Source: Lama guanicoe (Eukaryota). From it: 64,000 bases of DNA. The notes under the pieces are model-generated. The model worked only from the letters and a program-made list of their open reading frames with translations, made no database searches and was not told the DNA's origin. The DNA lies in assembly GCA_013239625.1 (NCBI GenBank), contig MU053513.1:1042927-1106926 (forward strand), given 5' to 3'. Within the stretch, counting starts at the first letter, position 1, and the number at the start of each line of letters is the position of its first letter. Made by a program: the position numbers and the translations under genes. Of the stretch, positions 49,636 through 63,165 are shown one piece after another.

Positions 49636-52600
49636 GTGATAAATAGCCTTCTTTGCTAAGATTTTAAGGACTTCACAAGACTGAGGCAGAAAACGCCCCT
49701 GGTCACCTACTCTGGCCCAACCTGTCTGCCTTGGAAAATTGCATGTGTGTGCATGCACACACGCATGTAAACTGAGATAGCTTTGTCTCTAAGGGGCTAT
49801 GGCACCAGAAGTCCAGGTCAGGCTTTGTCAGACATGACCATGACTGATTTTAACACCAGAGGAGAGAGACTTCCCTTCTCTCTGCCAAAGCCCAGGTCTC
49901 TGGAAAAGCTGTTGGGCTGGCAGTGGTGGTTCAGGTTACGCTCCTGGGTGTTGAAACTGGAAGATGCCACTAAATGCAAGTCCACCAGGGATGCTGTGAA
50001 CTTAGAAAGAGGTTAGCATAGCTTGTAAGCAACTAAATTTATCTTTTACAACACATATGATTCTAGCACCTACATCCTCAAGTCCCACACTAGCCTACTG
50101 TTTGCAAGGATCCATGTTAACGAACACCCTGGGAGTGAGCTCAAACTACTGCTTCTGGTTAGACTGAAACCAAAACATTGCAGATAAAATTTAATCAGAT
50201 TTTATTAGGGTTTTTGTTTATTCTAAATAGGGATGTTTCTTCTTCCCAACCACAGCTTCCAGGCTGAAAGCACTGCCTCGCAACTCAATGACCCCCAGCA
50301 ACTATTTTCCATCCATGTGTTAATATAACCACAGTAACCAGCAAGGAGATTCTGCAAGGCCAAGTGTCATCTTCTTCACTTGAATGAAGAAGTTTGTGCA
50401 TTGATTCAACTTTGTTCTGCTGCTGAGATGCCAAATGGGCTATTTGAGACAAAGAAATATGTGTGTTCGCTATAACATAAGATTTCAGTTTTGCATAGTT
50501 TGCAGATGTAATCCAGTTCAGCGTGACTTTATAGGGTTCAGGGGAAGAAAACAGACACCAGACAGCATGGATGGTTGTAGCTGCGACAACAGTTTAACAA
50601 CAGTGGCAGCGACACTGATAGCTCTGGTAACAATTTTACATGTGAAGTTATTACTTTTTTATTTTTTAATGAAACAGGAACGACCTTAGAGAAATGCATT
50701 TTCTGGAGTAAACAATGGAAAGGAGCTATTAACCTCACCCTATAGGAAATATATTGACCACCGTTACAAATATATTCTTTTCAGAATGCAATGCCCAGAG
50801 TTTACTTACTGGTCCTAGTATCTCTTTGTAAAGCTAAAGAGAGAAAAAAGTCTAGAAAACAAAAGGTCATGTTTGGATTGTTGATGGGCCTTGCAAAGAC
50901 AGCAGACTGAAAATGCACTGAAAAGTATTCATCTGTGACTGTGGATTATGTGTGATTTTATATGATAAGGCTCCTAAATATCCTTGTCCTTTTTAGGTGT
51001 CTCAGAGTAGGTAAAGGGAGTAAAATATTCAATTACTATTTAATATCTCAAAATCACTCTCAGCAAAGTGAAATCAATGCAGTTGCCGAGAGCCCTCTTC
51101 TTAGGATCAGCTGCATTAAGTCGAGATATGTCTCCCTCCCTCAGGTAGCGTTAGTTGGAACATTGTTTACTAAGCTGAAGCCTTGGTAGGGGCTGCCTAC
51201 CATGCTTTGAAGAATGAATAAGAAATTGAACACTTAATGATGGGCAGCAGAGATGTATCAAGTTCTGCGACAGGCAGTTAAAAGGCTGCTACAAGATTAT
51301 CAATTCAAGCTAAAAAGTGATATCCACAATTTCATATCCTCCAATCCTGCCTTAAGGTACAGGTAAAGTGATTCAGACCTAGAGGAGACCAGTTAGTGCT
51401 GGCGTACCCCAGTGGTCTAACACATCCACCTGGAGGCAGGAGAATAGAACAGAGCTGTGATCACCTTTTCATAAGATTCACTGTGAACTGATTTCACAGT
51501 AGATAAATTACGGCCAAAATAGTGGTCACGGTCAGGCTTGACTCAGGCGGGCACTGAATGGCTGGCCTATACAAAGTCTGTCCTCTAGGCGTTTTTTCCG
51601 GATTTAATTAGCGTGAAGGGAGCTACCTCACTTCCGGGCATCACTGGCATTTTCTCAATACGCTTGTCAGAGGCACTCAGGCTCTGACAGTCCTTCAGAG
51701 CTGCACACGATCCAGATTACCTCAACTATACTGCCGTGTAGATCCAAGCTACCTCTTGGGCTGTATGTTGATTGGCAAGATACAGTAAAGAAGTTATTCA
51801 GATTGCACAATATAAAGGCCAGTTTTGCTTCAGCTCTTCATTTTGTATGTTTAATATCACCTTGAGGAGAAATCTGCCATCAGGACCCAGGGAGAAATTG
51901 AAATAAGCACATTCTCTATTTATGAGTTGCACAAAAGACCTTTCCAGTGAAGTTAGGTTAGCAGCTAGGATGACCTTCACGCGATGGAGAAAACTCCTTT
52001 GTGTATATTTTTTCAAAGGGGTCTCTTGCAGAACCAGCATAACACCAGACAAAGCGTACTCACCTAAAGGCAAACAATAACAACTTCCTGGTAATCACCA
52101 GATTTATGAACTTACTTGAAGAAAAAGAAAATAAAAATAGTTTTAACTGTCGTATAGTATTAAGCCAAAAAGTTTCTGGCACTATCTGCGGATTTTGACT
52201 TCAAGGTTTAATTCAAGGTGAAAATTGCACTGGGACACATCCTGGGAGAAGTAGTTATGGTTTCGTACATTCTTTCCCCCTAAACAGGAAATTGCTTTTC
52301 TGAGTCTACGCTATTTTAACAGCGGCATAAATGCAGCTCATTTCTCTGAATTCAGATGTCATAACCTCTAATGAAACGGGGGTGTGAGGGAGAAAGCAGG
52401 TCATACTCCAGACTGAGGTGAGTAAAATAGACAAACAATAGCAATGTATGCAAATCCATCCCTGAGTGATTAGATGCCATAAAAAATATCCAACAGTGCT
52501 TTTAAAAGTCAAGTGTTGGATTTAGAGGGCAAGCGATCGCTCTGCTATATGTCTTTCGGAGGGCATACTGAATGTGTTAACATGTTAGAGATACCTACGA

Positions 52601-52959
52601 ATATTAGCTGTACACTGAAAAATCAAACAATTTTAATGGCTTCAAACGCATTTATACACTACTGGCCTGAAGTAGATATTTGAAATATCACCAGACTTTG
52701 CTGAATCTCAAAGATGATAAAAATTACAATTGTAACTAGAGACAGATACATTGATAACGCTGCATCTTTTTATTACAACCACTTTGGCGTGATTAACTTC
52801 TGCCTTAAACTACACACTCATGACAAGGAGAGTATTTTTTAAGTGAAACTGACCTGATCACTAGTAGAGGAATATAGCGCATTAATGAGGCTCATCTTTC
52901 CTCCCTAAATGGAAGATTGATTGTTTACGTCAATATTAACTCAACAGCAGTTTTTCTTC

Positions 52960-53620
52960 CCATTGTTGGCATGGGGAAGTTGAAGGACAACGATCTTTAG
53001 GGTCAGGTTCAAATCCAAACTCCATCATTCAGACCAAATATGTGCAGGTGGCTTATTTAACTCCTTCCGATCTCACTTCCATCCACTATAAAAGAGATAC
53101 AATAATCTGTGTCTTTAGGGGCACCGGGAGGATTCAGTGACATGAACGTAAGTGAGGAGTTGACTGGTGAAGCCTACGGCACATAATAGGCACTCAGCAA
53201 GTGTCAGCTCTCTAGAAACACACGTCGGCTCTGTGGACTTAGGCTTGTTTTTATAGCAAGGGAAACTGAAGTGGATAGAGATTAAGTGGCTGATACAAAA
53301 TCAGTGACCTATTTAGAGACAGAGCTGGACCTAGACTCTGATCTCCTAATACATTAGTTAACACATATGGTGGGTACCAGGAAGGCTGGAGATTGCAGGA
53401 ATAACAACTTTGGGGTCAGACCTAAACTCTGACCCGATGCCTCAGACCAGCAAGTCTTTAACATCTCTGAGCCTCAGTTTCCCCAGCTAGAAAGTGGAGA
53501 AGATAGCTCCCTCACAAAGTTACCATCAGAATTAATTGACGTGTTAGATATGTATACAACGTAGCAGAATCTAGCAGGTAATACTTAAAGCTCAACAAAT
53601 GATAGTTATCATTATTAAAT
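52960..53620. mobile_element. Cluster of three MIR SINEs (+, -, +)
   Basis: 'ggttcaaatccaaactcc..taggcactcag', 'gggaaactgaag..attaagtggctg', 'ttaacatctctgagcctcagtttcccc'. Confidence 0.75.
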
Positions 53621-53870
53621 TCTTATTGTGTGTTGGGCACTGTGGAAAATACTGTGAGATGCCCCGAAATGACAGATGTCTTGCCCTTGAAGAGTTGTTT
53701 GGGAAAATAACACAGGGAAAAACTATTATGGACATTAAGCCATGTTTAAATGATAAGTAAGTGATACATATAAAAGGCTAATGAGGTAAAATGATGGAGA
53801 AATAGATCATTTTTTTGCTGATGTAGCCAGAGAAAGCCTCACAGAGGAGATGGAACTGAAGTCAAGGCCA
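53620..53870 (-). mobile_element. L2 3' fragment
   Basis: 'ttattgtgtgttgggcactgtg', 'cagagaaagcctcacagaggagatg'. Confidence 0.6.
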
Positions 53871-54631
53871 AAAGTAGATCCACTGAACGAAAGTTTAGTT
53901 ATCTTCCCTTCTTTTCCTGTAGGAAAGTTGAAAAATGGCATCGCATATTAGAATTAAGGAAGAGAAGCCAAATTCTCATTGGGGAGTTGTTACAGAATAC
54001 AATTTTCTGCTCAAGGCTGATAGACAAATATTCTATCATGAATATCAAAAAGGTAGTCACAGCTTAAGTTTCCTGTGTACGCAATTGTGCACACGCATGC
54101 ATGTGGGGACACACAAGCTTGTTCACAAGTTTTCGTGAGTTTGTTCACTTAAGCTCTAAATACAGGCATTGTTTTCTAAACCAGCTGAATGTACATCTTA
54201 AGAGTTCGCTTTTCTGAAGCACAGCAGAAAAAGAGTCTCATCGAGTTATTTCTCAGAAGCGTCTCCACGGACAATTGACACGCCCATTAAAAACGCTGGC
54301 ACTGTGTGTCTGGTTTGGTCACTGCTCTGATGTGCTTTCTAATAGTGCTGCTTGCCTTTGGCAATACTTGTAATTCAATTTGTGCATCTACAAAATCATC
54401 CAATCCTATTGCCTATGCAAGTTTCACAAACTATCCTTTCTCTGCAGAGTTAATCAGCCTTACACTGTATGTTTTCTATTACCTAGATTTCACTGCGTCG
54501 CCCAATAACTTTCAAGCTGAATGGATCTGCATTCCAGAAAGTAAACACATTAGAAATAAAGTGACCAACTTTGAGCAGATGGCAGGAGATGCCACTCATA
54601 AAAATGGTGATTTGGCTCTGTTATAAAAATT

Positions 54632-54634
<3 letters not shown>

Positions 54635-54663
<29 letters not shown>
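54635..54663. repeat. (TG)n microsatellite
   Basis: ~14 TG units. Confidence 0.95.
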
Positions 54664-54665
<2 letters not shown>

Positions 54666-55419
54666 TGTTCTCTGGATAAAGAGGATATTTCAAATTTTTA
54701 ACTCTATAAAAATATGTCTATGGTAACAGTCTAAAATAATTTTACTTTTATTTCATATATATATATGAATATATATATATATATTACTGGCAAATAAAAG
54801 CACAAATTAACCTCAAAAAATAATTTTATGCATTTTTTATGCATATTATATTATATTAATAATTTTTATGCATATGTATTTCATTTTTATACAGACTTTG
54901 AAATGTGTTTGAAAATGTTTCTCAAGGCAAGTGGTACATACATAACCACTTTGTCGAGTAGGCTCAATATTGAGAAGTATAAACATGAAATAACTTTTTT
55001 CTCTCATCACTGCTCTCAGTTATGTTCTGTATAATCTTCCTGCATTTTGATGTTATCTTGGGCCAGTTCTAACTCTTTTGGTATTTAAAAGTTTAATTCA
55101 AACTCTTTTAGGATTTTATGTGTTGCCAACTGTTTGCCAGAAACTTGAGCTGGAATCCTGGCTTTTTAGCTTCAGCAGATAAAGACAGACATGATCCTTT
55201 TGAGTCATCTCTTCCCAGAACCCCTTTTAATACCAACTCCATCACGGTGGAAGTAGAGAGAAGGCAGAAGAAAAGAGACCAAGGTCTCTTTCCTTATCTG
55301 GGCTGTCTTGATATTTCTTCATTGGTTTTGCCCCTTCAGTAAATCTAACTTGTTGGTCATCAATGCCCAGAGTGTGTCTGAGTCCAAAAGGTAATTCTCC
55401 TGCGGCATAAAACATGGCT

Positions 55420-55565
55420 ACACAAAATGCGGTCTTTTGGACTGGCAGCGCTGGCATCACCTAGAAGATTGTTAGAACCTCAGCGCCCATACCTGCTCAA
55501 TCAGAATCTGAATTTTAACAAGATCCTCAGGTGATCTGTATGCACATTAAAGTTTAAGCTATTGT
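55420..55565 (+). mobile_element. MER5A-like hAT MITE
   Basis: 'ggcatcacctagaag..tcagaatctgaattttaacaagatcctcaggtgatctgtatgcacattaaagttt'. Confidence 0.85.
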
Positions 55566-55579
55566 GGTTAAGAGCAGCT

Positions 55580-56150
55580 TTTTAAAATTTCCCTCCTGCC
55601 ACAGACTGATAGACTTTTCAAGCATAATGAAGATAGATGGCTAAAGAAAATATTTTTTAAAATAGCAAAGACATGCAAAGCACAAGCCAAAGTTTTGTTA
55701 TGCGATTCAACAGACAGACCATGATGGAATTAGCACTAGACCTGCCCTCACACCAGAAATACCTGTGAAGATTTAGACAACGGGCAGCACTGGACTTTGA
55801 TCCTTAATAGAAGGAAAACAAACCCTATGAACCTTAGTAAGCTAGGGAGTTGCCAGCTTTTTGTCTAGAGGCATGGCGCAGGACGGAGGAGCCAAAGCAG
55901 AGAGCAGGCTGAGGAAACTGAGGAGTCAGACGCCACAGCTCAGCGAGGTTGGAGTGGCTTGGTTTTGTGGGCAAAGTCCCGGAAAGGAGGTGGTGAGGAC
56001 GGGAAAGAGCACAGGAAATCTCCTTGACTTTGCTGCTGAATTCATAGCACGAACAGTGCATTAAGCTGGAACTCCATGAGGCTGGGGAAGACTCATCAGG
56101 GCCTATAAACTGAGCAAACCAGAAACTCACACAGGGCTGGGAGGCACTTC
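55580..56150 (+). mobile_element. Old L1M 5' region fragment
   Basis: 'gaactccatgaggctggggaag..aactcacacagggctgggag' resembles L1M 5'-end consensus. Confidence 0.55.
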
Positions 56151-57074
56151 CTTTCCAATCTTTTCTAGATTTCCCCCCTTAAACTCAGACATACTATTTC
56201 CAGATTAACTCAGTGAAAATTAAGGGAAAAAAGCTTTCAAAAAATTCTAAAAGACAGGTTTCTCTCCTTCTAGACCAGGAACAATTATATTTTAACCAAA
56301 TGAAACCGTAAGAAATCATTAAAGTTTAGTTTAAACAATAGGAGAAAATAATTACCAATCAGATAGAATATAATGGAATTTGTATTAGAAGAGCTGAAAG
56401 CAGAAAGAGGTTATTTTGGAATGATCTTTTGGAATCTTTGTACCATCCTCCATAAACCACAGTTTTTATCCAGAAACCTGGGAAAATCCTATTCCCGGAC
56501 AAGGCATTAGGTGTGGACGAGACCCTTCACTTCAGTGCGAGGGTCTCCTGGTACTGTTTGAAGTGATCTTCCCTAGCCTGGGTGACAGTTCTTCACCTGA
56601 ACTAGAAGTGACCAGGGGCCAGAAAAAACTTGTCAAACCTGTCTCTAACTAGCCACTAAGAAGGTGAAAAGCCTGGCCAGGTCCCAGTCTCAGGCAGGGT
56701 GTACTTAAAGCACATGAAAGTGCTCTGTAAGTTAAAAACTTAAATATCAGAAAACCGATGTATACGTCACAAGACAATGCCAGAAGTAAAGTGAATCCAG
56801 CTATTGAGTTGGCAAACACAAAACAAAACAAAGCCTCTACATGTGGACCTCGAAAATTTGGATTTGAGTTGCAAAATGTCAGTTAATAGTTCTTTGATCT
56901 AGGAGGAGTAATGAGATGTATTTTCTTGAAATTTATATACTCTAAAATAATGAAAGCATTAAATAAAGTAGCTCGTATAAGAGTGGTATGTAAAATATAA
57001 AATGCCATGAGAGTGTTATATACACACTTATATAAATTTTTTTAAGTAAGCACGCTCATATACAACTTAATACA

Positions 57075-57295
57075 CACTCAGCACTGGTCTGTGCATCTCT
57101 TTATTTATTTATTTATTTATTTATTTATGCAAGTATTAACTCATTTAAGTCCCATTTTACAGATAAGGAAATTGAGTCTGGGTCAGGAAGTTAAATAACT
57201 TGCCCAAGGTCACACAGAGTTAATGAATGGTAGAAGTGGGGTTAGAATCCAGAAAGCCTGATTGCAGAGTCTCTGTGCTAACCCGTATTTTCTCT
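57075..57295 (-). mobile_element. MIR SINE with an internal (TTTA)n
   Basis: 'cccattttacagataaggaaattgag..gttaaataacttgcccaaggtcacacag'. Confidence 0.9.
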
Positions 57296-57949
57296 GGCCT
57301 TTGAGAGCAGAGAAGTCAGCTTCATTGACAGGCTTTTGGATCTCCCCGGCTTGCACTTACCAATGACTTTCTTGAGTCATTATTTTGCTTGATGTGGCCT
57401 AAACATACCTTCAGGGTGCCAGTGAGGGATTGAAGAGAAAAAAGACCCATAGAAACTAAACCTTGGAGTCAAATTATTCTAAACTCATGGACTTAGTTGT
57501 AAAAGGTAACATTTACAAAGGGTTGTTTGGAAACCGGGCGGACCATCCATTACAACAGGCTAGTAATTTTCAAAGTTTATCCTGAGGTCCACTGTTTGGC
57601 TTTGATGGCCTCCGGCAAAGCCACGGATTGATCCAGAAATGTAAGACCTTTCTTTAATTCTTGAGAGTGGAAGACATAAAATCCTGAGGACTTTTATTTT
57701 CATATTATTAAAGGAATTTAGTAGAAACTGTACAATATGACATTTATATACCAACGTAAGTATATCCTTAAAATTTACTATTTATTATTTTAGGATTTTA
57801 ATAAGAAATCCAAGTAAATTTTTCCTGTGCCTACACATGTGCACCTAATTAGAATTTCACAGAACCACTAGCACAGGGCAAGATATGCAAGCTACGGGAT
57901 GGGGGGGTCTGCCCCACTGAAGTGTGCTATGATTAAAACATCTGAGATC

Positions 57950-58420
57950 CAGGCACTTCCAAACTGGGATATGTAAAAACTTTCCAAAGAGTAATATGCA
58001 CAGAAAACTTGAAAGGAATCAATTTCTACATCTTTAATTTCTGTACAAAATGTTCCCTCCTAAAATTGCTTTTTCCCAAAAGAATGATTTTGGCCCAAGT
58101 TTTTCCTTCCTACTTTCCTTTCACAATTGTCTTCTCATTTTATAAAAGACCAGGGTTTACTTCACTTGTCTTATAATCAATGGGAAAAAGCCCCACCTTT
58201 CTCATTAAGAGATGTATTTTACTTTTATGCTTAATAGATATTCATATAATTTAAGCCTGTATCTGTAAGTTTTTTAATAGTCATTACCATAAAATCTCAA
58301 TTTGGTAGAAAGTCTCACCATTTAAAGTTTATGATCAAGGAATTTAAAAAATAAAATTATCTGTATACATATTTTTGTTGTAGAGAAATATGAGTGATCA
58401 TTAGAAACTTTCAGGGAAAA
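57950..58420. mobile_element. Possible old hAT-Charlie element
   Basis: Begins 'caggcacttccaaactgggatatgt'; weak recall-level similarity only. Confidence 0.35.
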
Positions 58421-59647
58421 AAATTTGCTTTAGAATTAAATTCTATGGGAGAGGTGGAATAGAATTAAAAGTTCAAGGGTTATCAGTGTAAAATGATGTA
58501 AAATTTCTGTCAAAAGGAGCTTATATTGTTTGTATATTTGGATGATGGTATGTTTCATATTATTGTGAATAGATTCCAGTGAATAAATGTGAAAGGATAA
58601 TGAAATATTTATTTTAAATGTCAACATTCACAGTAAATTTCAAATTAAAGAAATTTCGAACTTAGTAACAATTTAAACAAGAAGGAAAACTCAAATTCAA
58701 CCTAAAGATGAGAAAGAAGGTAGATCTTTTTTTTCAACATTCTTCTAGGCTCAAAGACCCAGATGAGACCATCTTTTTGCTCTTCCTGAGCCACAAGGAG
58801 GTTGTACACTCAAAGCACGTTATTATGGCCTCTTGTAGAATTGCTTTCCCTGAATTTCATTTTAGCATTGTCTCAGCTTTTACAGAAAGTCATTACAGGA
58901 AACAGCCATGTGGAATCCATCACTCCAGAGCAATGCTATTAAAGGTAGTATATACCACGTCACAAAATGCCCTCTAAACAAAGTTCCACATGAAAAATTT
59001 CTTTTGGAATTCAGCTCTAGGAAAAGCTTCGCTTCCCTTGAGTAGTTGCTGTGCTTCTTCCTTTCCTGTCATAAGACTTACAACGGTGGTTATATCTTCC
59101 TTTTTCGCTTTGACTCCCTGGAAGTTTGCAACTCAGCCTGAGGTTAGAGCAAAAGAATCATTTCAGTCCTAACGGAGGGCACACGTTCTGTTGCAGTCCC
59201 GTCAATCTATTCTTACTTGTAACTTCTTCCTTCTAAGTTTTTCTTCTTAATTCTATTTGCTGTAATTTTTATGACGTGTATTTGTGAAACCACCCACCCC
59301 ATATCTTTGGTGGAGGCAGGACGTGAATAAATGTGAATGTAAATAGCAAAAGATAAAAAATTTAAAAATGTACTAGACATCAAGCTGCAGTGCTGGGAGT
59401 ACAGACAATATGGTAGCAAACAAGATAGAAAAAATGCCTTCAAGGAGTTTATAATGGAGAATATTCCAGGGACAAGAAGAAGATTAATGAACATAGGAGG
59501 CATTTCCATCAGGAATTGAATTTGCTCCTCATTTCTCTCCCCACTGGTTTCTTCTGTAAGCCCTGTTTAATATTGTATCATATCACATCACTTCCCAGGC
59601 CTCACACTTTTCCTGCTGTTCTGGTATGTAAATAAACCTCATCATCT

Positions 59648-59681
59648 CACACACACACACACACACATACACACACACACA
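59648..59681. repeat. (CA)n microsatellite
   Basis: Visible run. Confidence 0.95.
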
Positions 59682-60431
59682 CCCCACAAACATGCAACAT
59701 GGACTTGTATATAGGATCATACAAACAGCTTCTCTAAGGGGATATTCAATGTGACACATGTTTGTCACACAGAAATTTCTTACTTAAACTGGTAACGTAA
59801 TTATTTGGGATTAGAGTTAAGTGATCACTTAGTCATAACAATAGTTCCTAACTAGGGGATCTTTTAGATCCATATGATTATGGTAAAGGGAACCCAAGCA
59901 GGTCCTTGAGATATATTCAGTAAGTAATAAAGTGGATGGAATTTAATACACCAAATTTTATTCGACATTGAATTTTTGAAGATAAATGTATGAAAATATC
60001 ACATTGGTGTGTTCCTCCAAAGGAAGGATTAGGTAATAAACAGTGACAGCTACTGCCTCCTAAGAGTGTGGGTCCAGGCAGCTGGTGGAATGATGGGTTT
60101 CATTGACTCCTGCGTGGAAGTTTGAGTAGATAAATTTAAACTCAGGGGCTGGGAAAAGCTGAATTGCTGTGCAATCCCAAAGGAAAGCATTGAACTGAAA
60201 AATAGTGAAGCCAGGAGTCTGTGTGGGTAATAGATGAGGGAAAGGGGCTACAGACAGCCCTCTGCCCCCATCTTCACCCCATTATTCTTCCCATTGGTTC
60301 ACCTTGCCAAGCAGTGAATTTAGAAAGAATGGCTATTTAAAACTGTTTGCTTTATTGTGATGGATTTAAATCCACCACCATTGCATCTCCCCTACAAATA
60401 GTGGAGTTAATTCGCAATAGAAAATGGATGT

Positions 60432-60612
60432 ACAGGGAAATATACACAAAATGTTATGATAACTCACAGAGAAAAAGATGTGACAATGAGTGTGTATATG
60501 TCCATGAATGACTGAAAAATTGTGCTAAACACTGGAATTTGACACAACATTGTAAAATGATTATAAATCAATAAAAAATGTTAAAAAATAAAATTAAATT
60601 AAATTAAAAAAA
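60432..60612 (+). mobile_element. Young L1 3' UTR fragment with A-rich tail
   Basis: Closely matches 36625-36780; 13-bp TSD agaaaatggatgt (60419-60431 / 60613-60625). Confidence 0.95.
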
Positions 60613-60892
60613 AGAAAATGGATGTTAAATATCCTCGGAAAATAACAATCTTCAGAAAAAATAAAACCAAACTCCATCAATTTGTTTATAGCCCAATGAT
60701 TTCGATAAATTAGGCAATGATATGATAAGAAATTAGAATGTTTAGTTCTTAAATCCTGTTACTGTTACTGTATTCTATATGTATCATGTCACACATTAAG
60801 AAGACCCAAAAGGTGCTAACCTTACAATCATAATGACCACTTGCATGTACACAAAAGCAAGTGGACAGGAAGACAGCGGACCTTTAGTATAC

Positions 60893-61431
60893 TGACGGGG
60901 TTCAGAACATACTACCCCAAAACATCGCACCTTGGCACAGTAAGTATCTTATGCTGTAGGAGTTTGAGAAAATAGCAGAAACAAAAAGTTTACTCTGACC
61001 TCCTGGCCTCACCCTTCTTCCCTGAAACAGATCTTCCAACTCTGTGTGAAAGATACCCTCCCTGTGCCTGGAGGAAAGAAGACATTCATTATCACCAAAG
61101 ACGGAATTGGGGGCCAGGAAATCTGTACAAATGAAACTTGTTAAACTAAGCCTTGTCTTCCTAGTTTCTTCACCATATACCTTCACCTCTACCCCAAGCC
61201 CCTCTATCTTGTCAATTTTTCACAAATTTGTGTTTCTTTCTCTAAGAGATATAAAAGCTTCCTGTTCCGGTCACTCCTTGGGTCTTCATTCTCTTGGGAA
61301 GGCTCCCATGCACGTGTAAAAATGTAATAAAATCTGTATGCTTTTCTCCTATTTATCTGTCTTTGTCCATTTAATTCCCAGACCTAGCCAGGGACCCTAA
61401 GAGGGTCAAGAATACTTTTTCCCTCCTTACG
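60893..61431 (+). mobile_element. MER34/MER39-like ERV1 LTR
   Basis: 'tgacggggttcagaacatactaccccaaa', TATA 'gatataaaag', 'aataaaatctgtatgcttttctcct'. Confidence 0.85.
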
Positions 61432-61539
61432 GTATGAAAGTCAAAACTCTCAGTTGAACTGGCCCTCTGCCTTCATTCTAGCCTCATTTTAAAAGAAGAT
61501 ACATGAAAGTACTTTGCTGTGACTGGAAATGCATCAATT

Positions 61540-61985
61540 CACGGTAACCGTGTTATCTCTGACCGTTCAGATGGTCCGATCTGCAGGTGTCCACATACCT
61601 TTGCCTTTGCCTGGGCCGTCATCTCTTCTACTATTGCTCAGATGGCCTTCATCTCCTGGCTCCTGGGAGCATGCAAAGCAGTATCCATTTTTTCCCTGCC
61701 AGCCAACCTGGTCAATGCCAACACATTCGACAGGACGCAGCTTAAATACAATCTCCTTGTCAGGAGACTTTCTTCATCCTTCTAAGTTAAGGTGGTTAAA
61801 ATATCGCTGTTGGTACATGTTTTTCTAATTACAAAATTACAAGATTTTAAGAAATTTTCAAATTATCTCATCAATCTACCAGTCCTTTAGTTTCTTAAAG
61901 GATAAGTCCACTGCTTAGTTATTTCTTAGAGCTTGACAATTTTAGGAAGTATGCATTTGTTGAAAGAATATGAATAAATAGCAGG
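61540..61985 (+). mobile_element. L2 3' fragment
   Basis: 'gcagcttaaatacaatctccttgtcaggagactttct', tail 'atttgttgaaagaatatgaataaata'. Confidence 0.55.
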
Positions 61986-62516
61986 TGAACACCAACTGGG
62001 TTCAAAACAGAAGGACCAAGGTACTTACTTGATCCATCATAAACATTAAGCTGGTTTAATAATTACTTTAAAAAACCTGTTTATGGCCATAAATTTACAT
62101 TTATTACCAGAGCTGTAAAATTCATAATATGAACACATGCATACATAATAGTAGAAATGAAAATCAACCACACTGCACCAGTCAAAAGCTATAGAGTCCG
62201 CTTTTCATTAATGAACTAAAACCCTTTATTCATTATTTTGCAGAGTTAATGATTATAAGCATTAATTTCAGTTCTATACCATTAAGCCTTTAAACCATAC
62301 AATTTCCAGACAGTTGTAGAATGCTTTCATCAAGCATATTGATTTTATTCAGAATCTTGAGTGTAAAATTAAGCCCCCTAGCTCAAAGGCATTTATAAAA
62401 TTTTTCTAGATGTTAAAAGTACAATTAGAACTATTTAATTTGTTGGAAATATAGTCTATGAACTAACATTAGTACTTCCTCTTATTTTAGAAAATAAAAA
62501 TATATTTTGCTTCATT

Positions 62517-62556
62517 AAATCACCATTTAACTTTGAAATCACCATTTAACTTTGAA
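62517..62556. repeat. 19-bp tandem duplication
   Basis: aaatcaccatttaactttg x2. Confidence 0.9.
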
Positions 62557-63027
62557 TGTCAGTCTGGTATTGATTGGTGATTCTGAAGATGAAGATTGAT
62601 GTATTTTTATTATATCTCCTACCAAAAAGGACTTTGAAGATACTTAATTAAACCATACATTACTATCATTTGTAAGGTAGTGAGAGTCTCTTAGACCATT
62701 CTATATTTATTTATAAATAATCTTCTCTTGCAAATAAAGGCTCACTTCTAAAATGTAATTATTTCCAAGTGTGTTTTCACATATTAATTCTCTATAATTC
62801 CACACTTAGTGCTTTAAAACTCTAAGGTCTTTTTTCTTTCCTTAGGACATGAGCTTCCTGTTGGTATGCTAGAGTCAATGTGCCATAAAAGGACAGAGTC
62901 CGTCTCTATCCACCTGAATTATAACACAAGACAACATCCATTTAAAATTTTAATGCACTTAAAGCTTCTCATATATATTCTGACTGGTATTGTCCATCTG
63001 TGTTTGTTCATAAATGTCAAAGAAAGG

Positions 63028-63165
63028 AAGTATATTCACTAGCTTGTAGTAACCTATAATGAAAAAGAATATGAAAATGAGTATATGTGTGTATATGTAT
63101 GACTGAAACATTATGCTGTACACCAGAAAGTGACACAACATTGTACACTGACTAGACTTCAATAA
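63028..63165 (+). mobile_element. L1 3' UTR fragment
   Basis: 'cttgtagtaacctataatgaaaaagaatatgaaa..ttatgctgtacaccagaaa..cttcaataaa'. Confidence 0.9.

Noticed and set aside
51798..52073. 91-aa ORF as a protein-coding gene
   Set aside because: Non-ATG start and no recognisable domain; only its splice-like motifs were retained
54570..54590. CTCF-like gagcagatggcag
   Set aside because: Lacks the 5' CC of the core motif; equally just an E-box
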